DNA from: a virus
Taxonomy: Duplodnaviria; Caudoviricetes
Strand: one strand, 5' to 3'
IMG/VR virus record: IMGVR_UViG_3300020576_003089
Location: 11,233-75,232 of that record
DNA: 64,000 nucleotides
A program made the position numbers and the translations under genes. The notes below the pieces were generated by a model. It ran no database searches and was not told the origin of the DNA. It was given only the letters and a program-made list of their open reading frames with translations. Position 1 is the stretch's first letter, and each line of letters begins with the position of its first letter. Of the stretch, positions 29,473-37,535 are shown piece by piece.

Positions 29473-30525
29473 TTAATCCAGATCTTCTAAACCTGTGTCA
29501 TCTTTTTTTAAATCATTATTAATATCATTCATAATATTCTGAGCCCAACGTTTTTGATTTGGTGTCAATTTATTATTAATAGCATTTTCAATAAATATTA
29601 AAAATTCTTCATCTTGCATTTTATATATTTCAACAAATAATAATTCTCTTACTCTAGGATCGTCATAATTTGATTCATTATATAAATTACTTACTGCATC
29701 ATAAATAAATTTACCATATTGCATATCATGAGGTTCATTACTTAATTGATCTACGTTTCTTACTACATTTTGATTTTGTTCTTTATCTGTTCCAAATCCT
29801 TGTAATGATAGTAATTCATATAAACCCTTAACAATTTCATGAACTAACATAGGAAAACATATAGCTCGTGCTACAATTGTTATTTTAATTGGTTCTGGTT
29901 CATCAAATCTATTTTTTTCTTCTTCATCTTCTCCTACTTTAACATAAACTTTACCACCTTCAGTTTTTCTACCTAGACTTAACATTGCTAGCATCATTGC
30001 TATTGCATTTTCATCATCAAATATTCCAAAAACTCTTTTAATTAAACCATTATAATCATTAACTAAATTTTGATCTAATTTATCCAAATTATCTCTAAAT
30101 AATAGAAATGCAAACGCTCCTCTAATTGAGGAACCTTGAGTAATAGCATTTATTACTCTACGTTTTTTATCTGATGGTAATTCTTCCCATGATTCCTTAG
30201 GTGGAATTTTAGGTGGTTCAGGCATACCTGCATTAACATCAGTTACTATTTTAGCATCAATTTCAACTCCAGCATATTTTATAATTGGATATGCTTGATG
30301 AACTATATCTACAGCTGTTTGTTCTAAACTAGGAATATGTGACTTTTCAAAAACCATTACTTTTTGTAAAAGAGCAACCATATCACGTTGAGAACTATTA
30401 AGATTAATAGTTTTACCTAAATCAATTAAACTCTGTTTAGATTGACCCTTTAATAAATTTAATGTTTCTGGTTTAAATATTTTCTCATAATTAACTTCTT
30501 CTTTAATTATTTTTTTATTTCTCAT
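29473..30525 (-). CDS. Hypothetical helical protein
   Basis: 350 aa; KRRVINAITQG, FPMLVHEIVKG. Confidence 0.65.
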   Translation of the reverse strand: MRNKKIIKEEVNYEKIFKPETLNLLKGQSKQSLIDLGKTINLNSSQRDMVALLQKVMVFEKSHIPSLEQTAVDIVHQAYPIIKYAGVEIDAKIVTDVNAGMPEPPKIPPKESWEELPSDKKRRVINAITQGSSIRGAFAFLLFRDNLDKLDQNLVNDYNGLIKRVFGIFDDENAIAMMLAMLSLGRKTEGGKVYVKVGEDEEEKNRFDEPEPIKITIVARAICFPMLVHEIVKGLYELLSLQGFGTDKEQNQNVVRNVDQLSNEPHDMQYGKFIYDAVSNLYNESNYDDPRVRELLFVEIYKMQDEEFLIFIENAINNKLTPNQKRWAQNIMNDINNDLKKDDTGLEDLD

Positions 30526-30944
30526 TATTTAGTTAGTGATTTAAAACGATTTTCAATTTTGTTAATTATTTCTTTCTCTTTACCTGCCTTAGGTGCAGTT
30601 TCAGGAGCAGTTTTTGGTGGAGTTAATGGTCTACGTGGGCCTGGTTTAGTTGAGGGTTTACCAGGTGCTATTGATGGACTAGGACTAGTACCAGGTGATG
30701 GTGCTGGAGCTGGGTTATTTTCATTCATATGATCACTAGTGTATTTAGCTAAAATAGATGTGCATATATTAGCAAATTCATCCATTTTGATACCATATTC
30801 ACCTTTAAGTGATGTAAATAAACCTTTTAAACCATTTAAAACTTCTGCTTTTACTTCGTTTGGATCGGGAGCTGCTTCTAAGTTTTCTTTTATTACTTGT
30901 TTAACTATATTCTTAATTGAATTAGCTAATTTTTTTTTATCCAT
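30525..30944 (-). CDS. Protein with amphipathic IKE leader and Pro-rich linker
   Basis: IKNIVKQVIKENLE; MNENNPAPAPSPGTSPSPS. Confidence 0.65.
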   Translation of the reverse strand: MDKKKLANSIKNIVKQVIKENLEAAPDPNEVKAEVLNGLKGLFTSLKGEYGIKMDEFANICTSILAKYTSDHMNENNPAPAPSPGTSPSPSIAPGKPSTKPGPRRPLTPPKTAPETAPKAGKEKEIINKIENRFKSLTK

Positions 30945-30986
30945 TAGTATAATTTATATATAAATATTAAACAAAATCAAAAGATG

Positions 30987-31079
30987 TTACTTATTGTATT
31001 TCCAAATATAACCATATGCTGTTTTTTGTAATCCAATCAAACATTTTCGTATAGTTTCACCACTAGTATTAGCTAATTC
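30987..31079 (-). pseudogene. C-terminal (NUMOD1-type) remnant of a homing endonuclease
   Basis: Hand translation ELANTSGETIRKCLIGLQKTAYGYIWKYNK*, no start codon; resembles the tails of 31982.. (CQGKRQSTLGYKWKY) and 45249.. (KGKQKQAGGFIWKY). Confidence 0.75.
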
Positions 31080-32001
31080 TAAGAATCGAAGAAGCCACAT
31101 AAATTCCATGTGCACCACTTACTGTTATACCTCTTGCTGATAGAGCATCTCCAACAAAATAAACATTTGGGTAATCAATTAATGATAAGTTATTATAATT
31201 TACTAATGGTTCAGGTGATAAATATTTTACTTCGGGTATATATATTCCCCAATCATCACCAAATTCAAATATTTTATTCATTTGATCAATAAAATTAAGA
31301 ATATAATCAGCATATTCTTTTCCTAATGATTGTTCTAAAGCTGCTTGTCCATTTCCAATTTCAAAACAAGATACTCTATTTCCTTCTGATGTTAATGATG
31401 GTTTACGAGATGGAGAAAAATAATATCCTACTCTTTTATCTTTTCTTAACCATGAATCGTCAGAGAAATGTGATTGTATTGCTTGACATTTACTTACAGC
31501 TTCTCTACACCACTCAAATGGATTTTCAATACCTTTAATCTCCATTAATATACCAAAATTGGTCATATCATTTCTAAATTCTTCACCTTTCTTAGCATGA
31601 CCATTATATGAAATATCACCATATGTCTCTTCTACTGCAACATAAGCGGCGTTATTATTAGTGCAAAATGTACGAATACTTACACTATTTTCTTCTTGTT
31701 TTTGTTTTTCAATTTGGTCTAAATCTAATCCTGTAGTGTTATTGAATTCTTTTTTATATTCTTCTCTAGTCTTACCTTCAGGGTATTCAAATTTTAAAGG
31801 GTAATGTTTTTGGTATAATTTAAAGTCATAACTAATATCAATTAATTTTTGAAAATATTTTTGTGGGCTTTCAAATCTCACCCCAATCTGGGCTGCGCGA
31901 GCTTCAGTAGGGAGATTTTTTTCTTTCATAATTTTTTGAGTTAAATCCATACCAGCTTTACCAGTACCATAAATTAAAGTATCAAATTTTATTTTTCTCA
32001 T
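31069..32001 (-). CDS. FAD-dependent oxidoreductase (COG2509-like), C-terminal piece
   Basis: DTLIYGTGKAG, QIGVRFE, IRTFCTNN, YFVGDALSARGITVSGAHG (second FAD-binding motif); lacks the N-terminal GxGxxG. Confidence 0.85.
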   Translation of the reverse strand: MRKIKFDTLIYGTGKAGMDLTQKIMKEKNLPTEARAAQIGVRFESPQKYFQKLIDISYDFKLYQKHYPLKFEYPEGKTREEYKKEFNNTTGLDLDQIEKQKQEENSVSIRTFCTNNNAAYVAVEETYGDISYNGHAKKGEEFRNDMTNFGILMEIKGIENPFEWCREAVSKCQAIQSHFSDDSWLRKDKRVGYYFSPSRKPSLTSEGNRVSCFEIGNGQAALEQSLGKEYADYILNFIDQMNKIFEFGDDWGIYIPEVKYLSPEPLVNYNNLSLIDYPNVYFVGDALSARGITVSGAHGIYVASSILRIS

Positions 32002-32737
32002 ATTGATTGTTTTTATATTTCCATTTATAACCTAAAGTTGATTGTCTTTTTCCTTGACAACAAAGACATATACTTCCATTACTTTTTAATCCGGTTGTAT
32101 TTTCAAATTCTTGAACAGAATCCCATTCTCTAATAAAATTATCTTCTAAATCATATTGTAATATAGGTTTTCTTCTTTTTTGTGAAACCATTTGATTTCT
32201 ATAAGTCCAATCTATATTTCGTTTTTTAAAAGCCTCACTTTTCTTTTTTCTAGTTTCATCAGAATCTTTTATACCTAATCTAACTTTTTTACCTAACATA
32301 GACTTACTTTTTTTATCACATGTCTCTTTAGATTGTTTTTTACCTTTATTAAGTGATATATGACCTTTTAATCCTTCAGATATTTTTCTTTTAGATTCTT
32401 CAGAATGTTTCATTCCTGTGGTGCCAGATTTAACACCACATTCTGCTATATTAGCTAATATATAACCTTTATTTCGCAACTCTAATTCTGTTTCTCTTTC
32501 TTTTAATAATGCTTCTTCTTCACTTAATCCTTCAAATAATATCTCAGATTCAAATACACCATCATTTTTATTTACAATATTATGCCAGTATTGATTTCTA
32601 CCGTATGTTCTAATTTCTCTTCCAGGTACTCCTTTTCCAACATAAAATGGTTCATTTATATCAGGTCGTATATGGATATAAACTATAAAATTATTGTTTT
32701 GTTTTCTTTTCGTGATATTTTTGTTTAAGTTTTTCAT
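31982..32737 (-). mobile_element. GIY-YIG homing endonuclease with NUMOD3/NUMOD1-type DNA-binding repeats
   Basis: IVYIH...FYVGKG...R; HSEESKRKISEGLKG; KPILQYDLEDNFIREWDS; ORF track start 32803, alternative Met 32737. Confidence 0.85.
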
Positions 32738-32834
32738 CGATTTTTTCTTTATTAGACCAGTAATATTTCTTACTATATTCTCGTTGTTTGAGAATACGTT
32801 CATCTTCTGTTTGGTATTTTTTGATACGTCCCAT
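32691..32834 (-). CDS. Unannotated 47-aa basic protein upstream of the endonuclease
   Basis: Hand translation MGRIKKYQTEDERILKQREYSKKYYWSNKEKIDEKLKQKYHEKKTKQ*; ATATTTAT motif 6 nt upstream. Confidence 0.7.
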   Translation of the reverse strand: MGRIKKYQTEDERILKQREYSKKYYWSNKEKIDEKLKQKYHEKKTKQ

Positions 32835-32875
32835 CGATTATAAATATTACAGATCTAAGAAAAAATCTAAGAAAA

Positions 32876-33403
32876 TTAATTATGTTTTGAAATTTTAATT
32901 ATTTCATTAGGTTTAATATCTAAAACATAACATCCATAAAAACTTAAATTTTTATTTTTTAAATCAATTAATTCAGAAACATCCTGTAATGTTGGGTTAG
33001 ATTTAAATTCAATCATTTCATCAAATTTATCAAAATCTTCTACACCAAATTCTTCAGGATCATAATCATCTAAATCTATAAAAACTTCATTTAATGGTTT
33101 TTTGAATTTAATATTAATATAAGGTATATCTCCTCCTTCATCACTCATAGTATCTATCATTTCAAATCTTACTCTTTGGGTAGGAATAGCAGGTTTACTA
33201 GATGATTTAAAATTTTGCTGTGTTGCTTTTAAACCATTTTTAAATTCAGGTTTCCATACAGTATATCCTGTATCTCCTCCTCTTTCAAAATCATCTTGAG
33301 ATTGAAGAAAAGAAGTGTTTAATTCAATAGTTAGAGTGTTATCTTTATTTAATGCCTTATTAATTTCCTCTTTAATGATTTGTTTTAATTCAGATTTTCT
33401 CAT
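32876..33403 (-). CDS. Cassette protein with KSELKQIIKEE leader
   Basis: MRKSELKQIIKEEINKALN; internal PLNEV. Confidence 0.7.
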   Translation of the reverse strand: MRKSELKQIIKEEINKALNKDNTLTIELNTSFLQSQDDFERGGDTGYTVWKPEFKNGLKATQQNFKSSSKPAIPTQRVRFEMIDTMSDEGGDIPYINIKFKKPLNEVFIDLDDYDPEEFGVEDFDKFDEMIEFKSNPTLQDVSELIDLKNKNLSFYGCYVLDIKPNEIIKISKHN

Positions 33404-33450
33404 ATTTTTATCTAATTTTTATATTTGTTTATTCTTTGTCTAAGAAAAAA

Positions 33451-33918
33451 TTAAACTATTTTTAAAATATATTTTGGTTCTAAATACCCTGGTTTATTAG
33501 AAATAATTCTTTCTTCTGCTAATTCAGATCCTCCTAAAGAATCAATTTTAACTCCTACTTGCTTAAACCATTCATCACTTGGTTTATCTATATATGTAGA
33601 AGCTTGGATAGGAACAATTTTATATTTTTCTGATATTTTATTACCATCTAAAACAATTAGCGTTTTATGTTTCCAATTTTGTTTTTTTCTTGTAGTAGAT
33701 ATAAAATATTCATTTGATATTTCTTCTTGAGGTTCACTAAATTTTAATCCTTTATCTAAAATATTTTTTATATTTTTAATATTAGTATAATGATATAATA
33801 ATCCAATTTGTTTTCCTTCATTTAAGAAATCATCATCTTTATTAATTTTGTTTTCTGTAGTAATCCCTGCTAGTTTTTGTAGTCTTTTGATAATTCCTTC
33901 GTTTAGTTGTTTTTTCAT
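33451..33918 (-). CDS. ADP-ribosyltransferase-fold-like protein with scaffold-mimic leader
   Basis: KRLQKLAGI...FLNEGKQIGLLYHYTNIKNIKNILDKGL...FISTTR...IVLDG...EERII. Confidence 0.55.
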   Translation of the reverse strand: MKKQLNEGIIKRLQKLAGITTENKINKDDDFLNEGKQIGLLYHYTNIKNIKNILDKGLKFSEPQEEISNEYFISTTRKKQNWKHKTLIVLDGNKISEKYKIVPIQASTYIDKPSDEWFKQVGVKIDSLGGSELAEERIISNKPGYLEPKYILKIV

Positions 33919-33921
33919 ATT

Positions 33922-34386
33922 TTATTTTTGAATTTCAAATTTAATTTTTTTATTATTTAGTAATTTGATGAGATTTTCATCTGGTTTATGGAGGATAGCT
34001 TTAGTAATAGTTGTTATAGGAATATTACCTTGTATAGAAATAGTTCCTCCTTCGTAACTTCTATTAGCTTGGGTCATTTTATTTTTTATCTTATTGCTAT
34101 CTATCACAAATGTAACATCCAAATCTCCTAATCCATAAAAATTATTATTATCATGTGGAAAATCAGAAACATATACAAATTTACCATAATTTGGATCTTC
34201 ATACCAATCTTCAGGATTTTGGTTTGTTGATTTTAATATGTTTTCATAAGTTTTAATTTCACCACTTTTCAAAATGTTTAAAGCATTTTGTATATCTGTT
34301 GAATGATAAACTAAATTACCTTTTTGGTATTCTTTATCTTCTTTAAGTATTCCAGCTAATTTTTGCCATCTTTTAAATTCTTTCAT
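33922..34386 (-). CDS. ADP-ribosyltransferase-fold-like protein with scaffold-mimic leader
   Basis: KRWQKLAGILKED...LVYHSTDIQNALNILKSGEI...FVYVS...VTFVID. Confidence 0.5.
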   Translation of the reverse strand: MKEFKRWQKLAGILKEDKEYQKGNLVYHSTDIQNALNILKSGEIKTYENILKSTNQNPEDWYEDPNYGKFVYVSDFPHDNNNFYGLGDLDVTFVIDSNKIKNKMTQANRSYEGGTISIQGNIPITTITKAILHKPDENLIKLLNNKKIKFEIQK

Positions 34387-34392
34387 ATTATA

Positions 34393-34911
34393 TTAATCTT
34401 TAATTATTATTTCATTGTTTTCAAAATCTACATCTTCTACCTCAGTTTCCCATTCAAATTTAACACCTTTATCTAATAAATACTCATACCAAGCAACTGC
34501 TATAAGAGAAAGATAATTGCTTCCTATATGCCAAACAGGAAATAATCTTAATCCAAAATACGGTTTAATGAATTCTGGTTCATCTATTGGATTGGAGCAG
34601 AATATTTCTTCTGGTTTAGGATGGAAACGTTTGAAATTATTGATTACTTGATCCATTAACTCCATAGCTTTTTCTTCACCACAGTATTTACTTAATTGTC
34701 CTCCAATTGCAGTGTGATATGTTAATTTACCGTCGCTCCATCCACCTGCACCTAACATACCTTCCATTACTTCTTCAGGTTTACGTTTGTAAGGATCATT
34801 TCCTTTATCTATAATGGTAATTAATTCACCTGGATATCCGTTATCTACTAATTTAGTAGCAGCATTTATACCTGCTACTCCAGCTCCTACTATTACTATT
34901 TTTTTATTCAT
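34393..34911 (-). CDS. FAD-dependent oxidoreductase (COG2509-like), N-terminal piece
   Basis: KIVIVGAGVAGINAA Rossmann motif, GMLGAGGWSDGKL, ends KFEWETEVEDVDFENNEIIIKD*. Confidence 0.88.
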   Translation of the reverse strand: MNKKIVIVGAGVAGINAATKLVDNGYPGELITIIDKGNDPYKRKPEEVMEGMLGAGGWSDGKLTYHTAIGGQLSKYCGEEKAMELMDQVINNFKRFHPKPEEIFCSNPIDEPEFIKPYFGLRLFPVWHIGSNYLSLIAVAWYEYLLDKGVKFEWETEVEDVDFENNEIIIKD

Positions 34912-35138
34912 TTATTGTTTAAATTTAAGAGATTTTGTTCAAGTTCTTTTATTACTTCTTCATATTGTTTACTTGTAATATCCATTGCTTCATCTGTTTG
35001 TCCTTTATCAGCAAAATCTTTACATAATTTAGCTAAATCAATTGCTGCTATTAAATTATCTTTTTTAGATAACATTCCTTTATATGGATTATGGTTTGAT
35101 GATTTCAACATCAATTCTATTATTTCTTTATTTTTCAT
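34908..35138 (-). CDS. Hypothetical protein
   Basis: 76-aa ORF with ATGA overlaps. Confidence 0.6.
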   Translation of the reverse strand: MKNKEIIELMLKSSNHNPYKGMLSKKDNLIAAIDLAKLCKDFADKGQTDEAMDITSKQYEEVIKELEQNLLNLNNK

Positions 35139-35490
35139 TTAATCTTTCTTTAATACGTTGTTCAATTATTTCTCTATCTTGTTGTGTTGGTTGATAATCA
35201 TTCATTAAATTATTAGGTATATTATCCCAAGCATTACCATAATAAGATACATTGAAACCTCTATCAAGACATTCTTTATAAAGTTCTTCATACCTGTTTT
35301 TTAAATATCCTAATTTGTTATAGAAAAATTTTACATGACCTTTTCCTAATGTGAATTGATTTGGGATATCTACTATTTTAGCTCTACCACTTGAAATAGT
35401 ATTAGGAATACGTTTAATTTCTCTATGTTCAGCCATTAAATGTCTGTTTGTTAATTCTCTAGGTTTAATACCTACATTGATTCTTGTCAT
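35128..35490 (-). CDS. denV: Pyrimidine-dimer DNA glycosylase / endonuclease V
   Basis: MTRIN, HLMAEHREIKRI, FTLGKGHVKFFYNKL.YL..RY. Confidence 0.93.
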   Translation of the reverse strand: MTRINVGIKPRELTNRHLMAEHREIKRIPNTISSGRAKIVDIPNQFTLGKGHVKFFYNKLGYLKNRYEELYKECLDRGFNVSYYGNAWDNIPNNLMNDYQPTQQDREIIEQRIKERLNEK

Positions 35491-35506
35491 TCTATAAAAG
35501 TAAGAA

Positions 35507-35519
35507 AAGAATTTTGACT
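35507..35519 (-). promoter_or_regulatory. AGTCAAAATTCTT element upstream of denV
   Basis: Exact copy, followed by TACTTTTA before the ATG. Confidence 0.6.
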
Positions 35520-35572
35520 TTTAACAACCTGTTTCTCGTACTATTATTTTTGACCTTTAATTTCTGTAATTT

Positions 35573-35849
35573 TCATTCTGAACCTGGACCTTCCATCCAT
35601 TCATTTTCATCTATTAATGATAAATTGTCAGATATAACTAAACCTCCACAATCATCTTCACTTCTCGTTATAATTATTTTAATATAATCTTCTCCATCAT
35701 CATTTTCTTCATCTCGGATTTGCCAATCTAATTCATCACTATTAGGATTTAAAATTCCAAAACCTGTTTTATTCATAATGAGTTCAAGATTTAATCTAAC
35801 CCAACTTTCACTAAATCCTGGTTTATTTACTTCTAATTCGTTTAATCAT
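35573..35849 (-). pseudogene. Frameshifted LNE-leader cassette
   Basis: ATG ATT AAA at 35849 is out of frame with TTA AAC GAA TTA GAA GTA AAT AAA CCA (LNELEVNKP), which runs in frame into ORF 35573..35776. Confidence 0.65.
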
Positions 35850-36720
35850 TTAAATCAGGTTCTGTCCATTTAATTATAATACTACCATATTCATCCGTTG
35901 AAACTTTAACTCTTTCTATAAGAGCTTCATGATCATTAAAAATTAATTTCTTTCCTTTTAAAAAGTTAAAGATTTTATTATATTCTTCTATTTGTTCATC
36001 ATCATCCCATAAATGATCTTCATTAAACTCATATTCAATATTTTTATCTTCTCCCATCATGTTATCTTCATAATATACATCTATAACGTTTCGGATATAT
36101 TTTTCAACTTCAGAACGAGTTAAAGGGTGATTTACTTCTAATTCATCTATTAGATCTTCGTCATCTTCCCATTTTTCATCATCATCATCATCGTCATCCC
36201 AATCATCTGATATTTCTAGCATTATTTCATATGCTCTTTTCAAAGCTAAATTTATTGAAGAATATTTTATAGGTTCTTTTATTGCGTTTCCAAAAGCATA
36301 ATATGCTTCTATTGTAAATCCATTTTCTTTTTTAATAATTTTAACATCATCTGTATGATTTTCATCATGACCATCCATAGGTGCTGAAAACCAATAAACA
36401 ATATCTTCTTTAATATCTTCAGGTTCTAATATAATTTCATCCCATCCTTCAGGAATTTTAACATTAGGATTACTTATTTCTAATTCGTTTAGTTGAATAC
36501 ATGCTAATTGTTGCATTCTTTTGATTTCATCAATTCCTGCTTTTTCTAAACGTGAATAATATTTAGGATCTTCTGCTAAATGATCTAATGCTATTTCTTT
36601 AGCAATTATTGAACTATTGGTATGTTCCATTTCATGTTTTATACCTTTTTTAAGTTCATTGTGGTCTACATTTTTAGGATTTAATTTATCTCCTTTTCCA
36701 CCTCGTAATTTATTTAACAT
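35842..36720 (-). CDS. DUF5661-like domain plus LNE-linked modules (polyprotein)
   Basis: GGKGDK...ELKKGIKHEMEH...EIALDHLAEDPKYYSRL; IDEIKRMQQLACIQLNELEISNP; LIDELEVNHP. Confidence 0.7.
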   Translation of the reverse strand: MLNKLRGGKGDKLNPKNVDHNELKKGIKHEMEHTNSSIIAKEIALDHLAEDPKYYSRLEKAGIDEIKRMQQLACIQLNELEISNPNVKIPEGWDEIILEPEDIKEDIVYWFSAPMDGHDENHTDDVKIIKKENGFTIEAYYAFGNAIKEPIKYSSINLALKRAYEIMLEISDDWDDDDDDDEKWEDDEDLIDELEVNHPLTRSEVEKYIRNVIDVYYEDNMMGEDKNIEYEFNEDHLWDDDEQIEEYNKIFNFLKGKKLIFNDHEALIERVKVSTDEYGSIIIKWTEPDLND

Positions 36721-37246
36721 TATATGTTCTGTTTCCTATTTTAAGTTTTTGAATAGTTGTCCAATTTATCATTCTATATCCTTTAGTTTGAACATCATAT
36801 ACGGGAATTAATCCTTTTTCCTCTGGGTTGTATGGCAATTCACCGCCCTTAAGGTAGGCTTTCACACCTAAACGAGCATTCATCATACGTAATGTACCAT
36901 CTTTTTTAATAAACCAAACAGTAAAGAATTTACCTTTAGTTGATTTAATCATATTTTTAGCATCAATAGGTGAAATATCTTTTACCTGTTCTGGTTCATC
37001 ATCTTCAGGTGTATCTAAATCAAATTCAGGTTCTAATGGTGAATTAATATCAATAGTTCCGGCACCGGTTGGATCTATTGGTTTTAACTCAGGTTCTTCC
37101 TGATTATCAGCACTTGTATCCATATTAGTATCATCAAGACCTGGAATTGGTTTAGCTAAATCTAATTCGTCTTTGTCTTTATCATCTAAATTAGGTTCAT
37201 CTAATTCATTAAGTATTTGACGTACTATTTTTAATAATTTAATCAT
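36710..37246 (-). CDS. Variant-leader protein with C-terminal SH3/WYL-like beta barrel
   Basis: MIKLLKIVRQILNELDEP; FFTVWFIKKDGTLRMM...VYDVQTKGYRMIN. Confidence 0.6.
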   Translation of the reverse strand: MIKLLKIVRQILNELDEPNLDDKDKDELDLAKPIPGLDDTNMDTSADNQEEPELKPIDPTGAGTIDINSPLEPEFDLDTPEDDEPEQVKDISPIDAKNMIKSTKGKFFTVWFIKKDGTLRMMNARLGVKAYLKGGELPYNPEEKGLIPVYDVQTKGYRMINWTTIQKLKIGNRTYNVK

Positions 37247-37523
37247 TACTGTATTTTAAATGTTCTTTAAAAGCTTTAATTAAATCCTGTTTTAATATAA
37301 ACATATCATCTTCACTAGAACCATGATCATTCCATGATTCAACCATCTCTTTTATATCTTCTTCATTGTTTGGGAATAATGGTAATAAATGTTTTAATAT
37401 TATATCTTCGCTTATCCATATAAATTCATATCCACCATTTTCATCTATTTCTTTAAATCCAATTTGAATCAAATTTGGATCTTTAATTTCTAATTCATTT
37501 AATATGTCTAATAATTTGATCAT
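37239..37523 (-). CDS. LNE-leader cassette protein
   Basis: MIKLLDILNELEIKDP. Confidence 0.75.
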   Translation of the reverse strand: MIKLLDILNELEIKDPNLIQIGFKEIDENGGYEFIWISEDIILKHLLPLFPNNEEDIKEMVESWNDHGSSEDDMFILKQDLIKAFKEHLKYSND

Positions 37524-37535
37524 TAATTATAAATA

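Noticed and set aside
31069-34911. Calling the oxidoreductase insert a group I intron
   Set aside because: No intron core was recognisable, the insert is packed with ORFs, and both halves have their own start and stop. It is kept only as an alternative to test.
35843-35858. T-TTA-AAT slippery heptamer as a programmed -1 frameshift
   Set aside because: A -1 slip at that heptamer meets TGA immediately, so it cannot extend the protein
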